A stretch of DNA of 63,261 bases, counting the filler, from Globobulimina sp. (taxonomy: Eukaryota), in the NCBI GenBank assembly GCA_003354225.1. It is 34 parts of 34 records of this genome, joined end to end, with 100 filler letters (N's around TTAATTAATTAA, not from the genome) between each part and the next. Parts side by side here need not be neighbours in the genome. Positions count along the whole stretch, not along the records: positions 50,329 to 52,090 come from PIVH01012230.1; positions 52,191 to 53,952 come from PIVH01012231.1; positions 54,053 to 55,814 come from PIVH01012232.1; positions 55,915 to 57,676 come from PIVH01012233.1; positions 57,777 to 59,538 come from PIVH01012234.1; positions 59,639 to 61,400 come from PIVH01012235.1; positions 61,501 to 63,261 come from PIVH01012236.1; 27 more parts are not named here. One strand, 5' to 3'. The translations under genes and the position numbers were made by a program. The notes below the pieces were generated by a model. The model saw only the letters and a program-made list of their open reading frames with translations. It was not told the origin of the DNA and searched no databases. Each line of letters begins with the position of its first letter. Positions within the stretch are counted from its first letter, which is position 1. Positions 51,981-63,261 of this stretch are shown one piece after another.

Positions 51981-52362
51981 ATAAATTACACGCGTGGGAA
52001 TGTCCAGGTTGCTTTGTCCACTGTAACGAAAGGCTAAACTGTGCCCACGGTTGCTTTGTCCACAGTAGTTATGTCAACAGCTGCTTTTTCNNNNNNNNNN
52101 NNNNNNNNNNNNNNNNNNNNNNNNNNNNNNNNNNTTAATTAATTAANNNNNNNNNNNNNNNNNNNNNNNNNNNNNNNNNNNNNNNNNNNNTGTGTGCAAT
52201 GCGAATCGGCGAACATTACGATTATGGCTTAACTTTATATTATTATTTAAACTGAAGATCGGCAGCGAATTATTACATGCATTGAACACTGGCAATGGAT
52301 TATTATTTTGCTTCAAAACGAGTGGACTTAGCATCTATTTCATGTATCAATGCATATACAAA

Positions 52363-53250
52363 TTAAATAAATAAATAAAAGGAACAAAAAGCATTACATA
52401 CGGTTTGTGTGTTTATTACCGGCGAAGGGATGGCAGAAAAGGGATTGTTGTTTTTCACACAATTATTGTTGAAGGCATTTAAATTGTTGTTGTTTATACC
52501 AGTCATAAATTGTAATTTTGTTGAATGTGGTCTGTGAGTGTTATGTGACGGCGTTGGCGGCAATGAGGGCGGCGCTGTGTTATTATGAATGGCTGTTTGT
52601 TTACAGTGTGATAGATATTTAGTTATCGCATCGTCAGATAAGTGATGTTGATTAATACAATGTTCTTGCAGATGATTTATGGAATAAAATATAATATTTT
52701 TATCATTGCACTGTGGCTTAATGCAAATAAATTGTTGCTGACTGTGAGAGTGTGCGTTGTTGGCAGTTTGTTTTGGCGAAGTTTGGGTTTTTGAAATGTG
52801 CGTTAGATCTGGATTTAAATGGTGGTGATCTTTTAAGTGACGATTTAAATTACCTTTGGTTGTATATATTTTATTGCATTCGCTTAGTACACATTCGTAT
52901 TCGTCTACGCATTTAAATTTCTTTTTGAGTGATATTTGTGGAACGAATTCAGATTCTGTACTCGCTTGTGATTTTTCCTTGTGGTTCGTCTCTGTTTTTA
53001 TGTGCTTTGTTTGCAGTGCTTGTGATTGTGACTGTGTTGCGATGGAATGTACGGATTGTAATTTGATGATAAAATTGGACCAATTTTGCGTCTGAGTTTG
53101 AATTCTTTGACGATTTAATTCTTTTAACCCATTGAAAAAAACGTTCTCTGTTTGCTGATTAACTGACAAATAATCAGATATTATTTGTTCTAATTTAAGT
53201 TTTGGTGCTTCACAAGAATTAATTGGATTATTGGTGGTGATGTTGAACAT
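52363..53250 (-). CDS. C2H2 zinc-finger protein (probably continues after an intron)
   Basis: YECVLSECNKIYTTKGNLNRHLKDHH and FICIKPQC...HLQEHCINQH. Confidence 0.85.
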   Translation of the reverse strand: MFNITTNNPINSCEAPKLKLEQIISDYLSVNQQTENVFFNGLKELNRQRIQTQTQNWSNFIIKLQSVHSIATQSQSQALQTKHIKTETNHKEKSQASTESEFVPQISLKKKFKCVDEYECVLSECNKIYTTKGNLNRHLKDHHHLNPDLTHISKTQTSPKQTANNAHSHSQQQFICIKPQCNDKNIIFYSINHLQEHCINQHHLSDDAITKYLSHCKQTAIHNNTAPPSLPPTPSHNTHRPHSTKLQFMTGINNNNLNAFNNNCVKNNNPFSAIPSPVINTQTVCNAFCSFYLFI

Positions 53251-53388
53251 TTTTTATTTGCTAATTGGTTGTAGGTGCCAGCGGTGGTTGTGTGCAAAAA
53301 GAATCTCAGTGAATGCTCAGAAGTGATACTGTAATAAAAATAGGAATGATAACCAACCCAAACAGTAAAAAAAAAAACAGTAAGTTGC

Positions 53389-53952
53389 ATGTCTAAACAA
53401 CGCAAATTAATATATGTATTGACTGCAATGGTATTGTTTATTGTTGTTGTCAGTCATTTTTTTCTTTTCTTCCATACAGAGCAAGAATTCCATTATGATT
53501 TTGCATCTAAATCAGAAAACTCCAATAAAGAAATGATATTATTATCGTTCCATAGCAAAGGTAAATATATTCGAAATCATAATTTTTTCTGTGACTGTGT
53601 TCGTATGAATGCATTGATGAATATATCACTAAATTATATTGGTTATGATGATGAAAAATATGACAAATACGGCAATAATAATATAGAGAAATTTTATAAA
53701 ACACACAAATATTTACATATACTCTCACAAAAATATTCATTGCATCAACAACAAAATTCAATCATTATACTATTTGTCGATGCCTTCGATGTATTCTTCC
53801 AACAATCTTCCATTCAAATTCTTAATCGATTTCTGGAAATCCGAAATTCGAATCTTTCATTTTATAAAAACAAAGTAATTGTTGGTACGCAGTATAAATG
53901 CTAGTGGCCTGAAGGAGCGAGCAAATATTATTCGGAGAGAGACGATTTAATA
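53389..53952 (+). CDS. Type II membrane PLOD-like glycosyltransferase with an in-frame TAG at 53902
   Basis: N-terminal TM helix, IILFVDAFDVFF, GTQYKC*WP. Confidence 0.6.
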
Positions 53953-54052
53953 NNNNNNNNNNNNNNNNNNNNNNNNNNNNNNNNNNNNNNNNNNNNTTAA
54001 TTAATTAANNNNNNNNNNNNNNNNNNNNNNNNNNNNNNNNNNNNNNNNNNNN

Positions 54053-54485
54053 CATCAAATGAGTTGGATGAGTGTTATAAAGCAACATCATGAAACAAAG
54101 TGCATTTAAGGAAAATCGCAGTTTTTGTTTCCAATAAAATATCCGCAATATCTCTGCGTACCATCGCTAAATAAAAACGAATTTGCATATTGCATAGCAT
54201 TTTTGCATGCGACATCACTTAAATACCCCATCCGGAGCCGTGTTATGCGGATTTACTTATTTTATACACTGTGACTGCCCGACCTATTCGACTGAACAAC
54301 GATTGTATACAAAAATTGACATTTTCACTGAAACCTTTCCACTGTTTGCATGCATGAGGCAGGCACTGTTACATCGCGATCAACTGAATCTTAGGCACTT
54401 ACTGGGGTATGGAGCCCGAAATAATGCAATGGATGTCGCCGCACTACATATAAAATTCTACAAAAGAGATTCGGTGAAACGTTAA
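54053..54485 (+). mobile_element. Possible decayed 3' end of a non-LTR retrotransposon ORF2
   Basis: DCPTYS..QRL...LRHLLG...KF...S.KR pattern amid frameshifts. Confidence 0.35.
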
Positions 54486-54682
54486 TGTCCATGTCGACAC
54501 AAATAATTTTTCTGAAATTAATTGAGTGAATCTGTCCCGATCTGAGTGTCTTGGCTTTAATATTGCCAGTCAATACATATTGGATCATCTGTCTTCTTTT
54601 GAATCTCTTCCACGGCAAAGCCACTTTCGAATTAAGAATTTTTAAAAACAAGGTCAATTAGGAAAACTCTATTAATTAGAGA

Positions 54683-55814
54683 ATGACGCTGTTTTCTTTG
54701 TTTTTATTAGTTCTGACAGTGAATAGTCAATGGTGGTGCACAAAGTACCTTGATTGGATTATAGATCCTCTGCCAGAATGCGGCAACTACAGTTCAATTG
54801 TTGTAGAACAAGGAATTGCTTCCAATTATAGCTGTGATGAAGGATTAGACACAGACCCATCAGTCATATTATTTCGTGATTTTGAGAACAAAACTGATGC
54901 GCTGGAATGGTTTGAAACAGCTTGGTTTGACGCAAGAGAACAAGGATATCGTTGGGATGAGAGTCAAGGCATTGGAGGAGGCTCAGCAATCAATATAACT
55001 TCGACTGTCGGTAAACAGTGGCCGGAAGAACTAATTACATGGTACTTTACTGAGATTCACATTCTCCGAACATACAAAAATAAGAACGAGTTTAATGTTT
55101 ATTGTTATTGTCATTATAATTGTATTGTGATTATTGCTGCGTTGTTGATGTTGAAACTGATGCTTTATTAAAAATTAAGGAAGATGTCATTTTATTCGAT
55201 AAATCATGATTTAAGTTTAATATTTTTTTGTGTTCGGAGAATGTGCATTTCTGGTTTTAATCTGAATGTTTTCTATTTGATTTTGTTCCCACTGTTAATA
55301 TTTAGGTTTGACCGAGATATAGACCCAAATGGTCCGCCTACACACAGTGGGACTGCAGCGGGAACTGATGAGATTTATGTCCGATTCTACAGACGTTATC
55401 AATCTGGATATCATATGGCAGCACATAAAAGTGCCGGAGTTTATGCAATGTGTTGCGATCCTCAATCAATTGGTGGTGCTGGAAATGTTCCAAATGGAAC
55501 AGACAAGTTCAGCACGAAAATTATTGTGAATGATGCAGGAGAACCAATTTTATATTCGTACCATCCAGATCAAGAAGGCAATTTTGGGGATGCACTGTTT
55601 CAAAACTTGTTATCAGTGCCGTTTCATTTTGAAAATGATATTTGGTATTGCTTGGAAATGATGCTTAAGGCCAATACTGTTGGACAAAGGGATGGCGCCG
55701 TCGCTTTATGGATTGATGGGAAACGAATTGCTCATTACACAAATATGAGGTTTAGAGATGTTGAATCACTCAAAATTAACAGGCCGCTGCATAGCATGTG
55801 GATGGATTCGAATG
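54683..55814 (+). CDS. Secreted concanavalin-fold / polysaccharide-lyase-like protein, intron 55042-55305, 3'-partial
   Basis: Signal peptide; DPSVILFRDFE, EIYVRFYRRY, YSYHPDQ...GD, WYCLEMMLKANT.GQRDG..ALWIDG. Confidence 0.7.
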
Positions 55815-55914
55815 NNNNNNNNNNNNNNNNNNNNNNNNNNNNNNNNNNNNNNNNNNNNTTAATTAATTAANNNNNNNNNNNNNNNNNNNNNNNNNNNNNN
55901 NNNNNNNNNNNNNN

Positions 55915-56673
55915 TAACACTTTCAGGCCTCTTACGTTTTGCAATATGTTTTTGTAAGAAAAGTAGTATCCAAATATTAAGGCGACGTGCGGCAAATAGA
56001 AATTCATCGGAGTTTTATCGATGGTGTACTGATAATGCATTGCTTCGTAGTCGTAATCAGTCAGTACGCTATGTCCGGGCCGCATGAATATGTTCACGTA
56101 TTCAATGATGATTTTGTGCAAAGCAGTTTGGTTGACAATGGACAATAATTCGAAGAATGGGAAGCGAGATATTGGTGCTGATATGTTGCAGATGGGCAAT
56201 TTATTTGCAATGAACAGAATTGTTTTGCGATTCACCAGCCGTTTCCTATGTTTTTGCAGTATGGATTTCAGAGTAAACTGTATGAAGAAAGTCGCTTCGA
56301 ATGGATCGCCTTTGACATCTTTTAATGGCTGTTGTTGATGCCAATTTGAGTAAGTTCTGATTAAACTGTAATAGATGGATGTGGTGCTTGTCTTTGCGGG
56401 ACCAATTATAGCCAATGCTGGCAATGATGGGTTTGTGGAAATGTGTACATCAGACTTTGTTAGGTAAAAATCCAATTTGTTGAATGATTCATCAGATATA
56501 TTGAAAGGGATAGCATGTCTCTGGTAATTTGTTGGTATCAGTTTCAAGTTTGGAAGGAAGTTAATATCGCGAACATTAATGATGCAGATAAAAATAATGA
56601 GTGACATGATTAACAGCAACAAACGTATCCTGAGAGACTGTTTGTTGCACTTATTACTTATTACTAAGCGCAT
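55915..56673 (-). CDS. Golgi-type sulfotransferase-like protein, 3'-partial
   Basis: Type II TM helix; 5'-PSB-like IIGPAKTSTTS; DKTP.NFY. Confidence 0.72.
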
Positions 56674-56717
56674 GATATAAGATGATGTTTTTCAGTATTC
56701 TGTAGCTTAAAATAGTC

Positions 56718-57389
56718 ATGCTTTCTGTGCGAAAGTTCATTAAAACAACAACGTTTCACACCCATCGATATTTCAGTGCTTCTGTAGAATTTGAGGTCTG
56801 TCAAACCATTGTCAGAAAAAGAAAAATAGCTGAAATTTCAGAGGATGATCCTATATTGGGATTGATATCAGAAACTAAAAAATTTGTTAACGAATTCCGT
56901 TCTATAGACAAGATTGATCCATTTTTTACACGAAAATCGCAGCAAACTACATTAGCTGTATGCCAGTGTTATTATGATTATAAATGGGAATATTACACAG
57001 GAAGAAACAGTGAAATATCTTTGCCGACAGGTTCTATGTGTTCTGAGCGAGCAGCAATCAGTCATGCAATCAGCAGCAATTTGAATCTTCATCTTCAACA
57101 TTTTAAAAGAATATCGGTAATTGATCCTACTGGAAATCATGTTGGTCGCTGTCCATGCGGTGTTTGCAGAGAATGGTTAGATAAAATACAGGAAGTATCT
57201 GCTGATTTTTGTATAGTCACTTTTCCGGATACGGAATTTGAATTAATTCGTGAACATTTTCCTGCAAATTATCCTTTAGATAATGCTGACGCTGAAGAAA
57301 CCGAACTATTATTGAATACCAATTGGAACTGCAACAAATGCTTTATGATAAATTCTGGATATTCCACTCATTGTCGACATTTAATTTAA
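56718..57389 (+). CDS. Cytidine deaminase-family protein with a C-terminal zinc-finger-like tail
   Basis: YTGRNSE...CSERAAI and PCGVCREWL zinc-binding motifs. Confidence 0.85.
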   Translation: MLSVRKFIKTTTFHTHRYFSASVEFEVCQTIVRKRKIAEISEDDPILGLISETKKFVNEFRSIDKIDPFFTRKSQQTTLAVCQCYYDYKWEYYTGRNSEISLPTGSMCSERAAISHAISSNLNLHLQHFKRISVIDPTGNHVGRCPCGVCREWLDKIQEVSADFCIVTFPDTEFELIREHFPANYPLDNADAEETELLLNTNWNCNKCFMINSGYSTHCRHLI

Positions 57390-57787
57390 TTTATTTTTAA
57401 TCAAGAATGACATTTTTTTTTCTTTGGGGGGGAGCAAGCCTTGTGCTCAATTAATAATTTTAGACAGAATTTTAGTATATACCAAAAAAAGTTAAAACGT
57501 TTTGGTATATAAATATAAAAAGAAAGAAAATATTTAAGTTGTTTACATTTAGTTCAGACCGTTTTTATACAGAAACGGTTTGCTACAGCTTTGTGTTGGT
57601 TTAGATATAAAAAAAAGGATCGATTAGGACTGAATTTAAATTTTTAATTATAAGAAAATATGGATAACAATGATTTNNNNNNNNNNNNNNNNNNNNNNNN
57701 NNNNNNNNNNNNNNNNNNNNTTAATTAATTAANNNNNNNNNNNNNNNNNNNNNNNNNNNNNNNNNNNNNNNNNNNNAGGTCAGTTCC

Positions 57788-59538
57788 TTACAATACAGAT
57801 TTTTTATTAATTTTTTTATTATTATTTTCAGCTAAAACAGATGCTTTAGTTGAGCTGAACCGATTTTGTGTTTTGATTGCTGTCTCTTTAATTAAATCCA
57901 CGTTACTTTCTTCAATATAAACACATTGAACATGTTTCTCTGAGTTGAAATGATTATAAATATTATCCATCAAAAATGATATATAACTCCAATCAAAACG
58001 TCTATATCGAATATGCTGCACATTTGGGAACAGCGAACCAAGACAATCCACTGCTTTCCATGTAAAGCCATGAGAATCACAGAATTCCCAATCTATTGTT
58101 ATCTCTGTTGCAGCATACGTTGAAAACCATCGTTCAATCAATGCAGTTGCATAATCATCCAAACTTTCAAATCGTTGAAATCCAAGACTTGCATTATTTG
58201 ATGCAATCCGATCAGCGACAATACGATTCATCAGACTTTCAGCGGTACGATCATTCGAAACAACTTTACCATTCATAGTATTATGTAACAACCTTAACGC
58301 ATCGAAGATAATTCCATATTCCGTACCATTCATATCAGTGATATTCATAATCACCAAATCCGCTGAAGCTTGAATAAATAAACACTCTCTCTCTGCGGCA
58401 AAATCTGATATCCAATCACATTCAAAATGAAATGTTTCCCGATCCGTCAGAATGGACTACATTATATATAACAGATATATATTATAAATATCAGTTAAAA
58501 GTATTGACATACACTTGCAGCATAATGACCGCCTCCAGTATGCGCACTGGACTGATATCGCGACGGTTTGTCATCGAATTCGATTATAATCCCAAGAGGA
58601 CCAGCAAACTTTATCGCAATTGCTCTTGATTTGGTGGTTGATACTGGTCCATACACAGCAATTCGATCAGTAAAAAACTGCGGAAATATCATTTTACGAT
58701 CAATTCCATGATAAAATGTGTTCACCTCATTTTCGCGACATCTTTTGCCATAAATCGTAACTGCTTCTTTTAAATGCAAGCCTAACTGATAAAATTCAGA
58801 ATGTTTTCTAAATACATCTTGTTTGCTTTCTTCCTCTGTCATTTTCCTATATGTCTCAGTCAAATATCTTTGCAATTGATCGTAGTTACAATACACTAAC
58901 AACGCTAAAAAATGCCAGCATGACATTGTTGAAACATTCGATGTATATTTTGGCCGAAAAATCATTTGTCCGTTGCGAGTTATCATTTCGTAAATACCTT
59001 TTCTTCCAGCATTTGGATCATGAGAATGCATTGCCACATATTTTTTACCTGTTTGTGATACAAAATGCATTCTTGCTTTGTGATATTCGCTATGAAACAT
59101 TGGCAAAGTCAATATTGAATATTTATTCTGCAACAATTCTTGTTTCAAAGTTTTCCATTTTGCTTTGATATTTGCTGCCTGTTTTTTTGCATAAGGATCA
59201 TCATTAAATGGAGCTTTGTAGAAATGTTGAAATCCAAAACTATACACAGGAAATGATGGATTTATTAATAAATGTTCAGATACGTTTGGTTTCTGTCTGC
59301 TATTTTTGGCAGATTCGTTTGCATCGTTTACATTTATATTATACAATAAGCGGCCTCCAAACCTCGAGTAATTATGTTTGGTCTCTAAAGCAATGATATT
59401 ATTAATGGTATTTTGTTTTTGATGACAAATTTCATAGTATTTTAACATTTTTTTATTCATTGACATTGGGTCCTCATCATTTGATTTAATATCAGCAGCA
59501 TGCTGTTCCAACATTGCCTTTTCATGCGTAGTTAATCT
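57788..59538 (-). CDS. ADP-ribosyltransferase-like protein, intron 58457-58512, 5'-partial
   Basis: FYHG, GPVSTT...AIKFA and, after the splice, WISDFAAERECLF (ExE). Confidence 0.7.
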
Positions 59539-60099
59539 NNNNNNNNNNNNNNNNNNNNNNNNNNNNNNNNNNNNNNNNNNNNTTAATTAATTAANNNNNN
59601 NNNNNNNNNNNNNNNNNNNNNNNNNNNNNNNNNNNNNNTGGAACAGCTTTTGAACGTTTTGTAAAAGAATCAGTACCGCGACTACCGCCCGCTCCGTTGG
59701 TTGCTATGAATAGGCTTTACACCGCAGTTCGACAATTGGTATTTTATTATGTTTTACAAGAACATTGGTTTGATACTTCCAAATTATAATTATTATTTTT
59801 GATACTTCCAAGAAAAACAATTAAATATGCACAGGATAAAGACCATACATAGGGAATATGTATATACGTGATATTAGAAATGATATACTCCCTTTAGCCC
59901 CGTATATATAGCAACGTTTTTTATATTTTTTTTATTTTTGTTTTATTAAAATGATAATAAAATGAATTGTAATTAGATATCAATGTGTGGTATATAGTCA
60001 TTTCTTTTCATAATTCATATGTTATCAGTTATCACAACATTTCCAGTCATTTCCTTGTTGTTGATGTTTTTGATATTTTTAATTTAGATCTAGCTAACC

Positions 60100-61249
60100 A
60101 TGACAGAGACTCAACAAATGGATGATGATGAAAGTAAAGCTATCATTGCTGGTACTCACGCCTTGATAATAATGTGCGGTTATTATATTGTTTAAATTCT
60201 ATACTATAAAATTGTATACAGGTATAGTTGGCAGTGGGTTGGCAATTTTGGTGATTATTGGGATTGGTATAAATATTGGAATTTATTTACGAAACAAACA
60301 AAAAAACCAACAGCAAGATGCATCTAGCAAATACATATATATCTTAGCATATATTACTTTGGGATTCTTTATTTTAACTCCAATTTCACAAACATTTATG
60401 CGATCTAATTTTGTTTTGGGGCCTTCTTTCGACCCATATACTATTTGTTTCTTTGCTTATTTTATGTATTATTTCCCTTACTCCATGGGACAATTTACTC
60501 TGTCCACATTATTTCTATATCGTTTACATACTACGTTTAAAGAATCGCAATATAGAATTCGCAGTAAGACAAATATTGGGATTGCTGCTGTATTTGGTTT
60601 CAGCGCATTATTATTTGTCAGCATTTTAGTATTTAATAAAAAAATATTTATAAATGTTACCACACCTGACAGGAAAAATATATATTGCGCAAATTACTAT
60701 GATGACACAATCACATATGTCGGGTGGTTGGGTGGCTATGCAATACAGACATTGTATAATATGTATGTTTTGTATGCCTTTATACAACGACTATATTGTA
60801 CTAGAAAGGATATGTTGCAATCAATTGAGCAGAATACTGATATTCGACGTTTTAAATTAATATTAAAATTAAATAGAATAATGATTAAGATGTGCTTTTT
60901 GGTTACATTGTCCATATTATTCACATGGGTTTATTTAGTTGTCGGTATTTTTTCTTTCAGTCTTGCGTTTGCTGTAAGTTATTCAATCATTGTCGATACA
61001 GTATGTATGTGGTTGTTATTTTCATCCGTTTCGCAGAAATATTGGGATATATTGGTGAATATATTTTATTTCCCGTGTTTATGTTTTAAAATATGTCCAT
61101 CAATAAAGGAGGATCAAACTGATTTGATAGTAATGAAACATTTTAAGAATCACACTGATTTAAGTGGTATTGAAGGTGTTGAAAGCCTTGAAAGCCCAAA
61201 TAGTTATACTCAAAATAATAATATATTGAGTGGATTAGTGGTAGTATAG
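60100..61249 (+). CDS. Orphan GPCR-like 7TM protein, intron ~60152-60221
   Basis: Seven hydrophobic segments; FLYRLHTTF, FIQRLY. Confidence 0.72.
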
Positions 61250-61500
61250 TGGTCATAATCTTTCCCATTGTCCAGCTGCATATTCTAAAATTTATCTATA
61301 TTTTATGATTGTTTGCGTTATATATTATTTTTCTACTATATTTTATATATATTAATATAACATTTTTTTGAGTTGAAAAGCAGTTTTTTCGTTGATTTTT
61401 NNNNNNNNNNNNNNNNNNNNNNNNNNNNNNNNNNNNNNNNNNNNTTAATTAATTAANNNNNNNNNNNNNNNNNNNNNNNNNNNNNNNNNNNNNNNNNNNN

Positions 61501-62390
61501 GTTCCATCTTACAAGAAATTAGAGACCGCACCATTTGTGTCACGATAAATGAACGGAAAAAGCAAAAAAAACGAAAGTATGAATCAACAGAAAATTTATT
61601 GAAAAAATGTTTGAAACAAAGCGAATTATTTGTAACCAAACAAAAATATGAATTAGCCATTCCAGCATCGTTACAATCATTAAAATGCGCAAAAATAATA
61701 TTTGGTAAAAACAATATTCGCTTAGTTCCAATATTATTAACATTGAGTAGAGCATGTTTGGGAGCCTCACGAATCAAACAAAGCGAGGAATTCCTAGCAA
61801 TGATCAAATTAATTATGCATCAATGCAAATGTGATGATTTCTTATTAAAATCTCAATTTCATCGATTATATGGTCGCTTACATGCAATGAGCAATAGGTT
61901 TGAAAAAGCATTAAATGAGTTATCTTATGACGTATATTATAGTTCATTGGCCGCCGGACCTCAACATATTCGAACTGCAGCAGGATTTTATCAAATATCA
62001 CAAGTTCTATTAAAACAACAGAAAACTGAATGTGCTCTGAACTTTTACACACAAATTGTAGATATCTGGAACAATTATTTGATTGATTATGACACAAAAC
62101 ATATTGATATTGTACAAGAATTAGGTCGGAATCAAATAAATGAAGCAATCGTAATGTTGCGAACTATATTAGATGCAAGGAAAAATTATTTAGATCCCAA
62201 TCATATAGAAACTGGAAAAATATATCATACACTTGCTTTGTTATCGCAATTATCAACTGATTTAATAAACGCTCAATCATTTTATAAAGAAACGTTATCA
62301 ATTTATCAACTCAAATTCGGTGAAAAGCATGAAAAGTCATTAGATATTGAAAATAAATTGCAACAAATTCAACAACAATTAAGTAACTAA
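61501..62390 (+). CDS. ZMYND12: ZMYND12-like TPR protein, 5'-partial
   Basis: AIPASLQSL, LVPILLTL, LSYDVYYSSL..GP.HI.TA.GFY, FY.QIVDIW. Confidence 0.75.
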
Positions 62391-62480
62391 ACTCCGTACT
62401 TAATACTTATATATAACGCGTTAAATATATCGTTTTCAACGAAAATCAATAGCTATGAAAGAAAGCACGAAAGATATCAC

Positions 62481-63261
62481 TTATTTATTTTTTTTATGTT
62501 TGGTTTGCAATTCTTGAGTCTCATCCTCCATAATTATAGTTTTATTGTTTAAAAATAGCCCAATCACAATTAAAACAATAAATGTGAGCGCAAGATGTAC
62601 GATGCCAACAATATATGCAATTAATATGGTAACAACCCATAATGAAACAGTTAAGATGAATGCAGCAATAATTTTCTTACTCCATGTTTGAAGTGGAAAT
62701 GGTCCATTTGATATTCTTAGCATTTTAAGCGTGGTTTCTGTTACATTCGGTAAGATCATCAAGCCCATGAATATGAAAATAAATGTAAACAATCGCGTTA
62801 ACCACAATTTTAATACATTCTCCGTACTAAATCCTTGAATGGCTGCTTCGCTGCTTACCTCTCCATAGTGCAGCATGGCAAACTTATGATTGGTGGGCGA
62901 TCTCCATGGAATTAATACGTATTGATTCCAGTCTTCCACATACTTTATTCCACCCAAATAGGAGATTCTTTGTCCGCGTGTATCCAATGAATAGACTGTC
63001 ATTCGAATATCACCGATCAGCGTACGCGGTGTATCCAAGCGCACTCTCTCTGGCTCACTCTCTGTTTCTTCAGATTTTAACACATCATCGTTCTCCGTGG
63101 CCGTGGCCGTGGCATCACTTTGACCCTCCTGTTCTTCCTCCGCTCCCTCTCCATCTGTCTCCGCTTCGTTGGTCTCTGTTTCTTCCCTTTTCTCTGCATA
63201 ATAAGATTCCGCTTTGTCATAAGGGCCAAACAAAAATCCATCCGTCATTTCCCACATTTCC
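62481..63261 (-). CDS. TMEM43: TMEM43 (LUMA)-family protein, C-terminal part
   Basis: P...IGDIR, G.VSSE..I.....EN..KLWLTRL followed by TM helices. Confidence 0.62.
   Translation of the reverse strand, partial: EMWEMTDGFLFGPYDKAESYYAEKREETETNEAETDGEGAEEEQEGQSDATATATENDDVLKSEETESEPERVRLDTPRTLIGDIRMTVYSLDTRGQRISYLGGIKYVEDWNQYVLIPWRSPTNHKFAMLHYGEVSSEAAIQGFSTENVLKLWLTRLFTFIFIFMGLMILPNVTETTLKMLRISNGPFPLQTWSKKIIAAFILTVSLWVVTILIAYIVGIVHLALTFIVLIVIGLFLNNKTIIMEDETQELQTKHKKNK

Overview
This window is not a continuous locus. It consists of 34 unrelated short contigs (about 1761-1765 bp, sorted by decreasing length) joined by 100-bp N44-TTAATTAATTAA-N44 linkers, so gene neighbourhoods mean something only within a contig. 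Nearly all contigs come from an AT-rich eukaryote with a compact genome, the standard genetic code and short GT-AG introns. The gene content (flagellar SPAG16, KIF6 and ZMYND12 homologues, orphan 7TM proteins, SAM/SAP fusions, ART-like proteins) suggests a protist, and a foraminiferan/rhizarian is my inference. Recognisable genes include SPAG16, a MAPK-like pseudokinase, DUF4419, PPR-Smr, nitronate monooxygenase, VWA-Hint (Vint), an extended synaptotagmin, HPRT, ANKRD13, AAGAB, cytidine deaminase, TMEM43 and ZMYND12. Mobile DNA includes a KDZ-type CxC/SWIM ORF, decayed non-LTR retrotransposon pieces, and a 164-bp hAT-like MITE with an exact 8-bp TSD inside a VIT/VWA gene. The most unusual observations are: a perfectly paired 64-nt tRNA-like element with an 8/4 fold, a shrunken anticodon arm and a Pol III terminator; a bacterial cheX-cheB fragment fused into an intron of a host gene; a non-coding contig packed with palindromes and C(GAA)G mini-hairpins; an H-S-ExE ADP-ribosyltransferase-like gene; and several surface proteins with bacterial-looking domains. 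All family calls come from motif recognition by eye; no database search was run. I see no clear multi-gene novel system.
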